A stretch of DNA of 64,000 bases from positions 14,929 to 78,928 of the forward strand of contig JAUNSR010000007.1 in assembly GCA_030539115.1 (NCBI GenBank). Direction: 5' to 3'. Made by a program: the position numbers and the translations under genes. The notes under the pieces are model-generated. The model made no database searches. It worked only from the letters and a program-made list of their open reading frames with translations, and had not been told where the DNA came from. This document shows positions 29,693-40,775 of this stretch, one piece after another (the first letter of the stretch is position 1; each line of letters starts with the position of its first letter). The stretch comes from Bacteroidales bacterium (GTDB lineage: Bacteria > Bacteroidota > Bacteroidia > Bacteroidales > JAUNSR01).

Positions 29693-31747
29693 TTAAAGAA
29701 GTTGTGTAGAGCGTTTAATGAAATTGCTCAACGCTTCACCTTTCAACATATTGTTGCTTAAGAATGCAAGGTCTACAAGTTGCTTAAGCATAGAGTCGGA
29801 AGATGCATATTTCTTGACAATATCCTCTTCTTTCTTTCTTAGATCAGCCACTTCGTCCTCAAGTTTTCTTAAAGACTCTTTATCCTGAACAGGAATTTCA
29901 TCCTCTTTCTTATCATGAGTAGCTTTTCTTAGCTCTTCAGCTTTAAGGTTCTTTTCTTTGATATCAACATTTATTGGAGCAATCTCTTCTCCAAATGAAA
30001 TATTGGCTTTTTCAAGAACTTTCTTAACAAGAGGATTGTCGATATTGACAATTAAATTGAAAGAGTCAGGCATTTTACCATAAAAACTCATTCCCGGCTG
30101 AACAGACTGCATCTCTTTCATACGACGCATAAACTCATTTTGAGTAATTAGAAGAGGTTGGTCAAGAGCACCGACAGCTTCGAACATAACGATAAATTCA
30201 GAGTTTTCTATAGTAGGGATTTGTGATTTAAACATTTCGGCATAAACTCTTCTTTCATCATCGTTGAGAGAATCGGTTTTTATATCATCCTTTTTAATCA
30301 AGTTAGGAATAATATCACTATCCACACGTACAAAGCGACTCTTCTCAAGTTTTTGTTCCAACATTGAAGCAAGGTGATTGTCCAACTGTCCATCCATAAG
30401 AAGAACATCATAGCCTTTAGCCTTAGCATTTTCAATATATTGATATTGAGTATCCTTGTCGTTTGCGTAAAGATAAATCAATTGACCATCTTTGTCTGTC
30501 TGGTTATCTTTGATAAGGTTCTGATACTCTTCAAGAGAGAAGTACTGGCCATCGATATTTTTTAAAAGAGTAAATGATTTTGCTCTGTCGAAGAACTTTT
30601 CATCAGACAACATACCAAATTCGATAAATATCTTGATGTCATCCCATTTAGTTTCAAACTCTTTTCTATCATCGTTAAACAATTGCTGAAGTCTGTCGGC
30701 AACTTTACGAGTAATATAGCCTGAGATTTTCTTTACATTGCTGTCACTCTGAAGATAAGAACGAGAAACATTTAAAGGAATGTCAGGTGAATCGATAACG
30801 CCCTGAAGAAGCATCATAAATTCAGGCACAACACCTTCAACTGAATCTGTAACAAAAACCTGATTGCAATATAATTGAATCTTATTTCTGTTGAAATTAT
30901 TCTTGTCAAGTTTAGGGAAATACAGAATACCTGTCAAATGGAATGGGAAATCAACATTAAGGTGAATCCAAAACAAAGGATCCTCAGACATCGGATAAAG
31001 ATCATGATAGAAATTGATATAATCTTTATCGGTCAACGTAGCAGGGGATTTAGTCCATTCAGGTTCAGTTTTATTAATGATGTTGTCTTGATCTGTTTCA
31101 ACCATTTTTCCATCTTTCCATTCCTCTTTTTTACCGAAGATGATAGGTACAGGCAAGTAACGGCAATATTTCTTAAGCAATGATTCAACTTTTGATTTTT
31201 CAAGAAAGTCTTTGTTTTCATCATCTATATAAAGAATAATCTCTGTGCCTCTATCTTTCTTGTCTATATCTTTCATTGTAAATTCCGGAGAACCATCACA
31301 TTCCCACTCAACGCCTACAGAATCGTCACGATATGATTTTGTTTTAATTACAACCTTGGTTGCAACCATGAAAGCGGAATAGAAGCCAAGTCCGAAATGT
31401 CCAATAATTGCATTGGAATCATTTTTATATTTAGCCAAGAACTCCTCAGCACCGGAGAATGCAATCTGATTGATATACTTGTCAATCTCTCCAGATGTCA
31501 TACCAACGCCATGGTCGATAACTGAAAGGGTACCTGCCTCTTTGTCAATCTTAACCTCTACATTAAGATCGTTCATCGGACCTTTATATTCGCCTACAGA
31601 ATTTAGAGTTTTTAGTTTTTGAGTTGCATCAACAGCATTTGATACAAGCTCACGAAGAAATATTTCATGATCGCTGTATAAGAATTTCTTTATAACCGGG
31701 AAAATGTTTTCTGAAGTTACATTAATTGAACCTTTTTGAGCATCCAT
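29693..31747 (-). CDS. htpG: molecular chaperone HtpG (Hsp90)
   Basis: FLRELVSNAVDATQKL and GHFGLGFYSAFMV motifs. 684 aa. Confidence 0.95.
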   Translation of the reverse strand: MDAQKGSINVTSENIFPVIKKFLYSDHEIFLRELVSNAVDATQKLKTLNSVGEYKGPMNDLNVEVKIDKEAGTLSVIDHGVGMTSGEIDKYINQIAFSGAEEFLAKYKNDSNAIIGHFGLGFYSAFMVATKVVIKTKSYRDDSVGVEWECDGSPEFTMKDIDKKDRGTEIILYIDDENKDFLEKSKVESLLKKYCRYLPVPIIFGKKEEWKDGKMVETDQDNIINKTEPEWTKSPATLTDKDYINFYHDLYPMSEDPLFWIHLNVDFPFHLTGILYFPKLDKNNFNRNKIQLYCNQVFVTDSVEGVVPEFMMLLQGVIDSPDIPLNVSRSYLQSDSNVKKISGYITRKVADRLQQLFNDDRKEFETKWDDIKIFIEFGMLSDEKFFDRAKSFTLLKNIDGQYFSLEEYQNLIKDNQTDKDGQLIYLYANDKDTQYQYIENAKAKGYDVLLMDGQLDNHLASMLEQKLEKSRFVRVDSDIIPNLIKKDDIKTDSLNDDERRVYAEMFKSQIPTIENSEFIVMFEAVGALDQPLLITQNEFMRRMKEMQSVQPGMSFYGKMPDSFNLIVNIDNPLVKKVLEKANISFGEEIAPINVDIKEKNLKAEELRKATHDKKEDEIPVQDKESLRKLEDEVADLRKKEEDIVKKYASSDSMLKQLVDLAFLSNNMLKGEALSNFIKRSTQLL

Positions 31748-31902
31748 AATAGTATCATTATTTAGTTAAATAATTATTTTTATTAATTTATTGTCAATAT
31801 CTCTATTGTAAGAAAGATGAAATTTGACTTCATTTAAAAAACTTTTGATTGCAAAGTTCATCTTTTGATGAGTTTTGTTGATATCATCATTCTCATTCAG
31901 AC

Positions 31903-31936
31903 AAAAAAAATGCCAGACCATTTGGTCTGACATTTT
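31903..31936 (-). terminator. rho-independent terminator of clpC
   Basis: AAAATGCCAGACC-ATTT-GGTCTGACATTTT, followed by T8 on the minus strand. Confidence 0.8.
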
Positions 31937-31960
31937 GACTATGAAATATGACATTATTTA

Positions 31961-34513
31961 CTATTCCTTGCTATCCTGAGTGTTTTTTATCTCAGTAATT
32001 ATTTTATCGTTCTCTTTGTCATAATCTACAACGATAGTATCCCCTTCGCTAACTGTAGCTCTAATAATCATTTCAGCCATCTCATCTTCAAGATATTTTT
32101 GAATTGCCCTTTTTAATGGACGAGCCCCAAATTGCACATCATATCCTTTCGATGCGATAAAATCTTTAGCCTGATCTGTTATTACAAGTTTATAACCAAG
32201 ATTTCCGACTCTTTGATAGAAGCCCACCAATTCAAGATCGATTATTTTGTGGATAGCCTCTTTATCGAGTTGATCAAACATTACAATATCATCAATACGA
32301 TTGATAAATTCAGGAGAAAAGGCACGGTTAAGAGCTTTTTGAATCACGCTTCTTGAGAAATCCTTATCGTTTTCGCTTTGCGGAGTCCCAAAACCAACCC
32401 CTCTGCCAAAATCTTTCAATTGACGGGTACCTATATTTGAAGTCATTATAAGAATTGTATTTTTAAAATCGATTCTTCTTCCTAATGAGTCTGTCAAGCG
32501 TCCTTCATCCATTACTTGCAAAAGAATGTTAAAGACATCAGGATGAGCCTTTTCGATTTCATCGAGAAGAATGACTGAATAAGGATGACGACGCACTTTT
32601 TCAGTTAATTGTCCGCCCTCTTCGTATCCTACATATCCCGGAGGTGCACCAATCAATCTTGAAACAGTGAATTTTTCCATAAATTCACTCATATCAATCC
32701 TTACAAGATTATCTTTTGTATCAAAAAGATATTGAGCCAACTGTTTGGCAAGATGAGTTTTTCCTACACCTGTCGGTCCAAGGAACATGAAAGTACCTAT
32801 AGGCTTGTTCGGATCTTTTAAACCAACCCTGTTTCTTTGAATAGCTTTAACTATTTTGTTGACAGCATCGTCCTGACCAATAATTCTTGTCTTTAAGACA
32901 TCGCCCATTTCAAGAAGCTTATTTCCTTCTGCTTTGGCAATTCTTTGAACGGGAACCCCTGACATCATAGCAACAACTTCAGCTATTTTATCCTCATCGA
33001 CAGTTTGTCTTTGTTCTTGAATCTGCTCCTCCCAATGCTTCTTAGCAGTTTCAAGATTAGCCATATATTCTTTTTCCTTATCTCTGAAACTGGCAGCAAG
33101 TTCAAAATTCTGAGCTTTGACAGCTTTAATTTTGTCTTCTCTGGTTGCATCTATAAGCTTTTCCAATTCTTCGATCTCTTTTGGAACAACAATATTGGAA
33201 ATATGGACTCTTGATCCGGCTTCATCAAGAGCATCAATGGCTTTGTCTGGGAAATTACGATCGCTGATATAGCGGTCTGTAAGCTTAACGCAGGCTTCAA
33301 GAGCAGCATCAGTATATGTTACATTGTGATGGTCCTCATATTTGTCTTTGATATTTTTAAGTATCTGAAGAGTCTCTTCACTTGTGGTTGGATCGACCAT
33401 AATCTTTTGAAAACGCCTTTCTAATGCTCCATCCTTTTCAATGCTCTTTCTATACTCATCCAATGTTGTAGCTCCAATACATTGAATTTCACCTCTTGCT
33501 AAGGCTGGTTTTAACATGTTGGCAGCATCCATAGAACCCGTAGCGCCTCCTGCACCAACAATAGTATGGAGTTCATCAATAAAAAGAATAATATTGGGAT
33601 TTTTAGAAAGCTCATTTAAGATTGCCTTTATTCTTTCTTCAAATTGACCTCTATACTTTGTGCCGGCTACAATAGAAGCCATGTCCAAAGCAACAACTCT
33701 TTTGTCAAAAAGAATACGAGAAACTTTTTTCTTTGTAATACGAAGAGCAAGACCCTCTACAATAGCAGATTTACCAACGCCGGGCTCACCAATTAGGACA
33801 GGATTATTCTTTTTTCTTCTTGACAAAATCTGAGCCAATCTTTCAATCTCCATTTCTCTACCTACAACAGGGTCGAGGCGACCTTCTTCTGCTGCTTTTG
33901 TCATATCTGTACCAAAATTATCCAGAACAGGAGTGTCATTTGAAGATTTACCTGATGAGGGATTCTTGCTTTGTTCGCTGTGATAACGACGCTCTTCTTC
34001 CATCTCTTCATCGTCATCATCGTCAGTAAAGCCTGCACCCATATGAGGTTCTATGCTATTAAAAAGATTGGAATCTTGATCCATATTTTCAGGAGAGGTT
34101 ATTGATTTATAAACGCTTGTATAGTTAATTGAATATTCTTCAAGGATTTTTGTAACATCATTGGAGTTGTCTTTAAGAATAGCAAGTAAAATATGCTCTG
34201 TATCAGCAACCCCGCATTTTAAAAAACGAGCCTCCAAAAGGCTTATTTTCAATGCCCTATCAGTAGTTTTGCTAATTGTTAAATCCGTTGTGTCCCAATC
34301 ATCCTGAGGTTTAATGTGTGATTCAATTTTTTGCCGTATCTCAGTAAGATCAATGCATGATTTGCGAATTATGTCAAAAGCTTTACCGGTGCCCTCTTTA
34401 ATTATACCTAAAATCAGATGTTCCGGTGAAATGTAAGAACTATGAAGCCTGATTGCTTCATCTCTTCCATAAGCTAATACATCTTTTACACGGGGAGAAA
34501 AATTTTTTTCCAT
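31961..34513 (-). CDS. clpC: ATP-dependent Clp protease ATP-binding subunit ClpC (two AAA+ modules, N-terminal Clp repeats, UVR-like linker)
   Basis: Two Walker A motifs ([16 protein letters not shown]). UVR-like segment [17 protein letters not shown]. Confidence 0.9.
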   Translation of the reverse strand: MEKNFSPRVKDVLAYGRDEAIRLHSSYISPEHLILGIIKEGTGKAFDIIRKSCIDLTEIRQKIESHIKPQDDWDTTDLTISKTTDRALKISLLEARFLKCGVADTEHILLAILKDNSNDVTKILEEYSINYTSVYKSITSPENMDQDSNLFNSIEPHMGAGFTDDDDDEEMEEERRYHSEQSKNPSSGKSSNDTPVLDNFGTDMTKAAEEGRLDPVVGREMEIERLAQILSRRKKNNPVLIGEPGVGKSAIVEGLALRITKKKVSRILFDKRVVALDMASIVAGTKYRGQFEERIKAILNELSKNPNIILFIDELHTIVGAGGATGSMDAANMLKPALARGEIQCIGATTLDEYRKSIEKDGALERRFQKIMVDPTTSEETLQILKNIKDKYEDHHNVTYTDAALEACVKLTDRYISDRNFPDKAIDALDEAGSRVHISNIVVPKEIEELEKLIDATREDKIKAVKAQNFELAASFRDKEKEYMANLETAKKHWEEQIQEQRQTVDEDKIAEVVAMMSGVPVQRIAKAEGNKLLEMGDVLKTRIIGQDDAVNKIVKAIQRNRVGLKDPNKPIGTFMFLGPTGVGKTHLAKQLAQYLFDTKDNLVRIDMSEFMEKFTVSRLIGAPPGYVGYEEGGQLTEKVRRHPYSVILLDEIEKAHPDVFNILLQVMDEGRLTDSLGRRIDFKNTILIMTSNIGTRQLKDFGRGVGFGTPQSENDKDFSRSVIQKALNRAFSPEFINRIDDIVMFDQLDKEAIHKIIDLELVGFYQRVGNLGYKLVITDQAKDFIASKGYDVQFGARPLKRAIQKYLEDEMAEMIIRATVSEGDTIVVDYDKENDKIITEIKNTQDSKE

Positions 34514-34544
34514 ATAATAAAATTACTCGAATCAATTAATTAAA

Positions 34545-34624
34545 CTGACATTGCAAACTTAAACATTATAATCAAAAATATGTATCGATAAAGAAAATAT
34601 ATAATGTTTCAACATAAATGTCAG
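34545..34624. promoter_or_regulatory. large imperfect inverted repeat overlapping candidate clpC -7 boxes
   Basis: Arms are CTGACATT..AAACATTATA (34545-34570) and TATAATGTTT..AATGTCAG (34600-34624). CAAACTTA (34554-34561) and CAAAAATA (34573-34580) read as TAnnTTTG on the minus strand. Confidence 0.4.
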
Positions 34625-34797
34625 CATTAGATTTGTTTCTTGTAGTATAACAATATCTATGCCGTTTTTCTCAAAAATAATAAAATATAATTGATAGTTT
34701 ATTTATAAAATACTCATTTTGACTAAATAAAACATTATTAAAACATTCTATAGGGAATTAGTTTTTGAGGTTAGGGTAAAACGAATCAGTAAAACAA

Positions 34798-34875
34798 AAA
34801 CATTCCCTTTAAAAATTGCAAGAATCGAACAATCAAAATGATGAATCAATTGTGCAGTTTAAAAAGGGAATGTTT
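34798..34875 (-). terminator. 13-bp stem with a large (52-nt) loop downstream of the GH35 gene
   Basis: AAACATTCCCTTT (34798-34810) pairs with AAAGGGAATGTTT (34863-34875). A T-rich tract follows on the minus strand. Confidence 0.4.
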
Positions 34876-34956
34876 ATATTGTAAAATCTAATTATTGAAA
34901 GCCGTTTTCTTTAAAAGAAAAATAATGATTGATAAATATTCATCCTTTATATTCTG

Positions 34957-37359
34957 TTATTTAAAGAAATCATCGGATACATAAAAATTATATCCATCTA
35001 TTGCCCCGGGGATATCTTTTTCCATTCTTGGCAAATATTCAAAACCATAAATTTCCTGTGCTGAACCTAAGTCAATAATGAGAGCATGAGGCATATTATC
35101 CTTTTCTGAAGTTTTCCAATAGGTTGATTCTTGTAAATCGAAAACTTTATCTGCAGTATAATTGCCTTGATTGATCTCTTCACTATCGGCATATCTCACT
35201 TTCCATGGCTCTCTTGAAATTCTTTTGCCATCTTTTCCTAAAATATATATTTCAGCTATTGAAACAAAATCTTTATTTCCATGCACCGATTTTGCTTCAA
35301 GGCAAATATACCTTCCATTCTGAGGTTTTGAAAGTTTAATAGTTTGCCATCCATTACTATTTTTAAGATTTCCTTTTGCTGCCGGAGTAAATTTTGAAAG
35401 ATTAAGAGATTCTCCCTCCTTTTTATTTGTTACAGGCTTTTCAAGTATAAGCATGTCTAATATTGGTTCTTTAAGTCCTGAACTTTTTAATGCTTTAGGT
35501 CCTTTTATATCAAAAATCAGCACTTCATTTTCACCTTTTTTAAGCCAACACCCGGGCATATATATAGTTTGTTGCGGCCCAACCTCCCAAAATCTGCCCA
35601 TAGGATGACCATTAACCCAAATTAAACCTTTTCCAAAATTTCTCATATCAAGGAATGTATCGCCTACTTTATTTAATTTGAAGGTTGCTTTGTAGAAACC
35701 CGGAACATTCAACACAGAAGATGATTTGAAGTCCTTGTCTAAAGAAAATTCATAGCTTGAAGGAAGATTATAAACCTGCCAATTTTTAAGATTTGAAACG
35801 AATAAAAAGCCATCATTATCAACGCTCAACTCCACTTTATCGGTAATTCCTTTATAGTCTTTTATTGCTTTGCCGAAATTAACCCTTCCCATAGCTTCAA
35901 CAAGGATGTCGAGAACAGCACCCTTTTTAACAGAGGGTATTACAATCTCCTTTTCTCCATTCTTGCGATAAAGAGTTCCTATCTTTTCACCATCTATAAA
36001 TATCTGAGCCCAATCATGGACATCGCTTATTGTTAGTTTGCTTTGACCTTTAATTTCGGGCAAAGTGGTTCTGTAAAGAATAGAACCCCAACCCTGATCG
36101 AAATCTTCCATACTCTTTATATCATAGCTTTGTTTTGCACTTGGAAGATTATCAAATAAAGGAGCGCATTTAGAAAATGTAAATTCAGGTATTGATATTA
36201 TATTTTTTGCTTTTGGTATGCTTGAAATCTTTTCGCCCTTTGGCATAAACTCTTTCATCATATCCCTTAGTTCAAAAAATTTAGGAGTAGTTTGTCCTGA
36301 CTCATTAATAGGAGCATCATAATCATAGGAAGAACACATTGGAGAATATCCTGGACTGTTTGCACCTCCCCAATGTCCGAATGTTGAACCGCCGTGAGTC
36401 ATATATAAAGAGAAAGATATGTTTTTTTCAAGCATTTCCTTAAGTCCGGAAACCATTGTTTGAGCATCTCTAGTTTCATGTTTTCTTCCCCAATTGTCAA
36501 ACCAGCCACTCCAAAACTCACTGCACATTAGAGGAGTTGAAGGACGTAATTCCTTTAATTTACTGAATTGAGAGTCGATATTTGCTCCAGTGCCAAAATT
36601 CATTGTCCATAAAAGATCATCAAGACCGTTTAAAGTAAAATTGGAACTCCAATCACATTGGAAAAGCTGCGTATTTGGATAGTTTTTCTTAATGATATCT
36701 CTGATAGAAGAGATATATTCTTTGTTTTGAGCATAAGAACCATACTCATTTTCAACTTGAATCATGATTATATTTCCTCCATTCTCAATAGTAAGAGGAG
36801 AAAGCTGCTTTGCAACCTCATTTTCGAATATTTCCACTCTTTCCATAAAATATGGATCATTATCTCTAAGGCTTATATCTTTTTTCTTAAGAAGCCACCA
36901 AGGCAAACCGCCCATTTCCCATTCAGCACAGACGTATGGACCTGGACGGACAATAACATACATACCATTTTTTTGAGCTATTTTACAAAATTGAGCAATG
37001 TCATTATTGCCTGTGAAGTCAAATTCACCCGGATTCTGCTCGTGAATGTTCCAAAATATGTAGATACAAATGGTGTTCATGCCTAAAGCTTTACACATTT
37101 GAATCCTGTGTTCCCAATATTCCATTGGAATTCTCGGGTAATGGATTTCAGCAGCTTTGACAATAAATGGTTTATTGTTTAAAATAAATGTTTTGTCACC
37201 AATGCCGAAGGTCTCTTTATCGTTTTTATTTGTTTTGTCTGAAATACCAATTGTTTTATCGTTACCGGTTGATATTTCATTTATTATGACTGCCTCTTTA
37301 GCAGAAATAAACTGAAAAAATAATAATGTGAGGAGGGTTAAAGAAATGAGTTTCTTCAT
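34957..37359 (-). CDS. beta-galactosidase, glycoside hydrolase family 35, with C-terminal F5/8 type C (discoidin) domain
   Basis: Signal peptide. GH35 motifs GPYVCAEWEMGGLPWWL and IMIQVENEYGSY. C-terminal region of about 150 aa resembles F5/8-C. Confidence 0.85.
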   Translation of the reverse strand: MKKLISLTLLTLLFFQFISAKEAVIINEISTGNDKTIGISDKTNKNDKETFGIGDKTFILNNKPFIVKAAEIHYPRIPMEYWEHRIQMCKALGMNTICIYIFWNIHEQNPGEFDFTGNNDIAQFCKIAQKNGMYVIVRPGPYVCAEWEMGGLPWWLLKKKDISLRDNDPYFMERVEIFENEVAKQLSPLTIENGGNIIMIQVENEYGSYAQNKEYISSIRDIIKKNYPNTQLFQCDWSSNFTLNGLDDLLWTMNFGTGANIDSQFSKLKELRPSTPLMCSEFWSGWFDNWGRKHETRDAQTMVSGLKEMLEKNISFSLYMTHGGSTFGHWGGANSPGYSPMCSSYDYDAPINESGQTTPKFFELRDMMKEFMPKGEKISSIPKAKNIISIPEFTFSKCAPLFDNLPSAKQSYDIKSMEDFDQGWGSILYRTTLPEIKGQSKLTISDVHDWAQIFIDGEKIGTLYRKNGEKEIVIPSVKKGAVLDILVEAMGRVNFGKAIKDYKGITDKVELSVDNDGFLFVSNLKNWQVYNLPSSYEFSLDKDFKSSSVLNVPGFYKATFKLNKVGDTFLDMRNFGKGLIWVNGHPMGRFWEVGPQQTIYMPGCWLKKGENEVLIFDIKGPKALKSSGLKEPILDMLILEKPVTNKKEGESLNLSKFTPAAKGNLKNSNGWQTIKLSKPQNGRYICLEAKSVHGNKDFVSIAEIYILGKDGKRISREPWKVRYADSEEINQGNYTADKVFDLQESTYWKTSEKDNMPHALIIDLGSAQEIYGFEYLPRMEKDIPGAIDGYNFYVSDDFFK

Positions 37360-37565
37360 AAAGTGTTAGATTTAATAATAAATTCAATTTTTACCATTTA
37401 TATATGCAATAAAAAAGTAAAAATTGAATTTAGTGGTATTTGGATTATTTTTTTTTCAAATGTAAAAAATAATAACTGTAACTCAGAAAATTTATTTACT
37501 CATTCAGATTAAAACTATTATTTAGAAATTCATAATCGAAGTAATCATTTAAATTAGAGAAATAC

Positions 37566-39134
37566 TCATTCTACAACTATTCTTTTAGAATTATTCTTTC
37601 CATTCTTATCTTTCCAAGAAAGAATATATTCTCCTTTAAATCCTCTAAAAGAAATGTTGCCGTTTTTGTCTGCTTTACAAGTTATATTAGTTTTCCATTC
37701 ATTGTTTATTAAATTGTTTAGCGTATAATAAACAGGTTTTTCTTTCATATCTCTTGTAAAAAGACCGGAAGTAGATGGTTCCCCGGGAGCTCCACAGTTA
37801 TCTACAACATTCCACCAAGTTATTCCCATCATAGAAGGTATGCTAAACCATAATCTATATAAATTTTGAGTTATAATAGATTGAATCAACAATCCTTTTT
37901 CTGAATTTTCTGGGGCAGTAATTGTAATTTCACTAAGATGAATTGGTTTTCCGGCTTGTGTAAGCAGTTTCATCTTATTCCATACTATAGTTGGAGTTTC
38001 TATACTATCACCTAAGGAAATAGATAAACATTGTCTTGGATCAAATAAATGCATTTGTGATCCTACTATATCAATTCTACAGCCCCTATCTAAAAGAGAC
38101 TTAATTTCATTTATATAATCTTTGTCATTCTTGTAATCATTTATATTTAGCATTACATTTTCAGGCAAAATGCTTTGAGCCTCTTTAAAAGCATTATAAG
38201 GATAATCTCCCGGCATTATACCATAACTGCTTTTACAAAGTTTCTTGTTGGGAGATAAGACCCCTTTACCGTAATCAACAGCACTCTCATTGACAACATC
38301 CCAACTATTTATATCATTCTTATATTTTGCAGCCAAAGCATAAACCCTCATTTTGAAAAGAGTATTTATATCTTCAGAAAATTTTGGGAGCTTATTGATT
38401 AGTTCTTCATCAGAGAGATTTCGATATTTATCAGTGAAGCCATCAAAAATTACATTATTTTTATCATTAGCTTTTTGGTACATAAGTGAATCGATAAAAA
38501 TCTTTTCATTTCCTTTTGGCAAAGAATCAAAGAGCCATTCCGGACTATGCCAATGTCTATTTCCCCAAATCATTGGGTGTCCATGAATTCTAATTCCTTT
38601 TTCTTTACAGAATGCTATTACAGGATCAGTTGAAGGTCTTCTCCAATTTGTATGTGATTGGGCATTCTCTAAATTATTCCAGAAATGTTGAGTATCCTCA
38701 TATTTCTCTTCAAATCTCATATCGCCGGGATTGGGTTCAAACTTTTTCCAATAAAAAGCAACAGTAGCAGAATTAAAAAGGGTTCCGTAAAGACTTTTGT
38801 ATTTATCATTCATTTCTGTTGAACCAAGTTGATTGAAATTGAATATATGAGCCCCAAAAATAAATTTATGTGAGATTTGCTCAACTTTAACTTTTGTTCC
38901 TTTCTTAATATTGTCAATTTTTATCAGAGCATCAGCTTTTCTATATTTTTCAATATTAGAATCTATTGTTTTCTGAACAGTTTTATTCCATACCTCCCAA
39001 TATTTCTTGTCCATAACATGATTTTTGTCATCTATTTCATACAATGGGGTAGCTTGTTGAGACAAAAGAATTGATGTATGCATTAATACAAAAAGAATAA
39101 AACAATCTTTCAGGATAGATTTTATAAGTATCAT
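37566..39134 (-). CDS. glycoside hydrolase family 10-like protein (endo-xylanase family), secreted
   Basis: Signal peptide. WDVVNES (acid/base context) and HLSEITITA (nucleophile context, compare TELDI). Confidence 0.65.
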   Translation of the reverse strand: MILIKSILKDCFILFVLMHTSILLSQQATPLYEIDDKNHVMDKKYWEVWNKTVQKTIDSNIEKYRKADALIKIDNIKKGTKVKVEQISHKFIFGAHIFNFNQLGSTEMNDKYKSLYGTLFNSATVAFYWKKFEPNPGDMRFEEKYEDTQHFWNNLENAQSHTNWRRPSTDPVIAFCKEKGIRIHGHPMIWGNRHWHSPEWLFDSLPKGNEKIFIDSLMYQKANDKNNVIFDGFTDKYRNLSDEELINKLPKFSEDINTLFKMRVYALAAKYKNDINSWDVVNESAVDYGKGVLSPNKKLCKSSYGIMPGDYPYNAFKEAQSILPENVMLNINDYKNDKDYINEIKSLLDRGCRIDIVGSQMHLFDPRQCLSISLGDSIETPTIVWNKMKLLTQAGKPIHLSEITITAPENSEKGLLIQSIITQNLYRLWFSIPSMMGITWWNVVDNCGAPGEPSTSGLFTRDMKEKPVYYTLNNLINNEWKTNITCKADKNGNISFRGFKGEYILSWKDKNGKNNSKRIVVE

Positions 39135-39288
39135 TATTTTGTGGATTAGTTTAAGAATATAGTGCTTAATTATTAGATGATTAAAGATATTAAATATATT
39201 AATTAGACGTAAATAATCTAATCTTTTTATATTTTATAATTTAGAGAAAAGTAAAAATAATTTACAATAAAGGATAAAAGTTATAGAT

Positions 39289-39326
39289 AAAAAAAGTGCT
39301 GCCAGATAATTAATAACTTGCAGCAC
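39289..39326 (-). terminator. rho-independent terminator after the cupin gene
   Basis: GTGCTGC-N17-GCAGCAC, followed by T7 on the minus strand. Confidence 0.65.
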
Positions 39327-39478
39327 AGTATTAAGAAAAAATTAATTTTAAAAATATGAAACCAGTATTTCTTTTGAAAAGATTAATTATACAATAAAAG
39401 ATGCTTAAACACCATAATTTTATTTTATAGATGACTATAAATCAAACAAAAGATTACAATAAAAAAATTAAAAATCTA

Positions 39479-39775
39479 TTAGTTGCTATAACTTGCATTG
39501 AAAAGGATCAGTTTACTATCCTCCATAGCTTTAACAGAGTGGACTATAGAAGCTTTAAATTCAAGCAAATCATTTCTTTTAAGCTCAAAACTTTCGCCGT
39601 TGTCGAATTCTATATGAATCTTACCATCAAGGACCTGAATTATGCCTATGCCATTTTTTGAATGGTTTGCCAAACCTTCACCCTTAGCAAACTTCATATA
39701 ATAAACAGTAACCATATCATCAGTAATGACAATCTTTTTATTGTCAATAATTTGATCAAGTTGTATTAGTTTCAT
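39479..39775 (-). CDS. cupin domain-containing protein
   Basis: 98 aa. ..FAKGEGLANHSKNGIGIIQVLDGKIHIEF.. matches the cupin beta-barrel motif pattern. Confidence 0.6.
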   Translation of the reverse strand: MKLIQLDQIIDNKKIVITDDMVTVYYMKFAKGEGLANHSKNGIGIIQVLDGKIHIEFDNGESFELKRNDLLEFKASIVHSVKAMEDSKLILFNASYSN

Positions 39776-39814
39776 AAATCACATATTAAAGTTTCTAATA
39801 ATCTATTTTTCAAT

Positions 39815-40582
39815 TCAATATTCAGAAGGATAAGGAAAATTTCGTTCTGCAAAACCAACCTTTATTAATTCTACTACATCATGAGGAAGTTTCTCCATGT
39901 TAGTAAAAGTAAGTTGATCTTGTTTTGGAGAGCAAGGGAGGTATGCCCATCTCTCAATAATAAGCTGCCAAGGAATATCTATTTCAGGATATGGATTTTG
40001 CTTTTTATCCTCTTTATTGCTTTCGTAGTCTCTTTTATCCTCTTTTGCATCTGTGGTTTCTTCAAGGTCATCTTGAATATTTACACCATCTTTAATAAAG
40101 GATGTAGTGTATCTGTCAGAAATTACTATATCAATTTTGTTTGTTGTCTCAAAATACCAGCATATATCAATGATAGATTCGAGTATTAACTTTTCACAAA
40201 CATAAATTTTAGGGTCAATAATCTCCAATTGTTTTAGATTTTCCTTACAAACACTGAACCAAGAGTAAAAATATTTCAGAAATGTTTTAACTCTAAAAAG
40301 AAACTTTTGATATTCTTTAGTTTGAGTGTCAGAAGGAATATCCCATTTAAAAATAATATTATCATAAACTCCCCATCTTCTAAGCGCTATTGCCCAACCT
40401 TCAAAAGAATCCTTATTATTGAGTTTTTTTAGAATTAGATTTGAGGTGTATGTATATTTTACATTGACACCATCTATTTCAAAAACAGCCTCTTCAGGAA
40501 GGTCGGTATAACTGTAATAATCTGTTTTCTTATGATATTCATGTTGTAGGGTCTCTAACACCTGAATATTGTTGTTCTTCAT
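39815..40582 (-). CDS. hypothetical protein (no recognisable domain)
   Basis: 255-aa ORF 39 nt upstream of the cupin gene on the same strand. It has an acidic, Lys-rich central linker. Confidence 0.4.
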   Translation of the reverse strand: MKNNNIQVLETLQHEYHKKTDYYSYTDLPEEAVFEIDGVNVKYTYTSNLILKKLNNKDSFEGWAIALRRWGVYDNIIFKWDIPSDTQTKEYQKFLFRVKTFLKYFYSWFSVCKENLKQLEIIDPKIYVCEKLILESIIDICWYFETTNKIDIVISDRYTTSFIKDGVNIQDDLEETTDAKEDKRDYESNKEDKKQNPYPEIDIPWQLIIERWAYLPCSPKQDQLTFTNMEKLPHDVVELIKVGFAERNFPYPSEY

Positions 40583-40775
40583 AACACTTTTTTTATCTCT
40601 AACATAATAGTCGTAAAATTTGTTCAGTCATAAATCTTTTATAAAATATCAGACTTCATTGTTTTACAATTAACCTTTTTGATTGTCACTAAGCATTTGA
40701 TATTATATTTTTTCTCAAATCAATTTATGGTACTTGTTTGTTTATATATAAATCAGACAATCAATAAGGCATTTT

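Noticed and set aside
31766-31954. 62-aa minus-strand ORF between clpC and htpG
   Set aside because: It spans the clpC terminator hairpin (31903-31936) and the htpG promoter region. Its composition is typical of AT-rich intergenic DNA.
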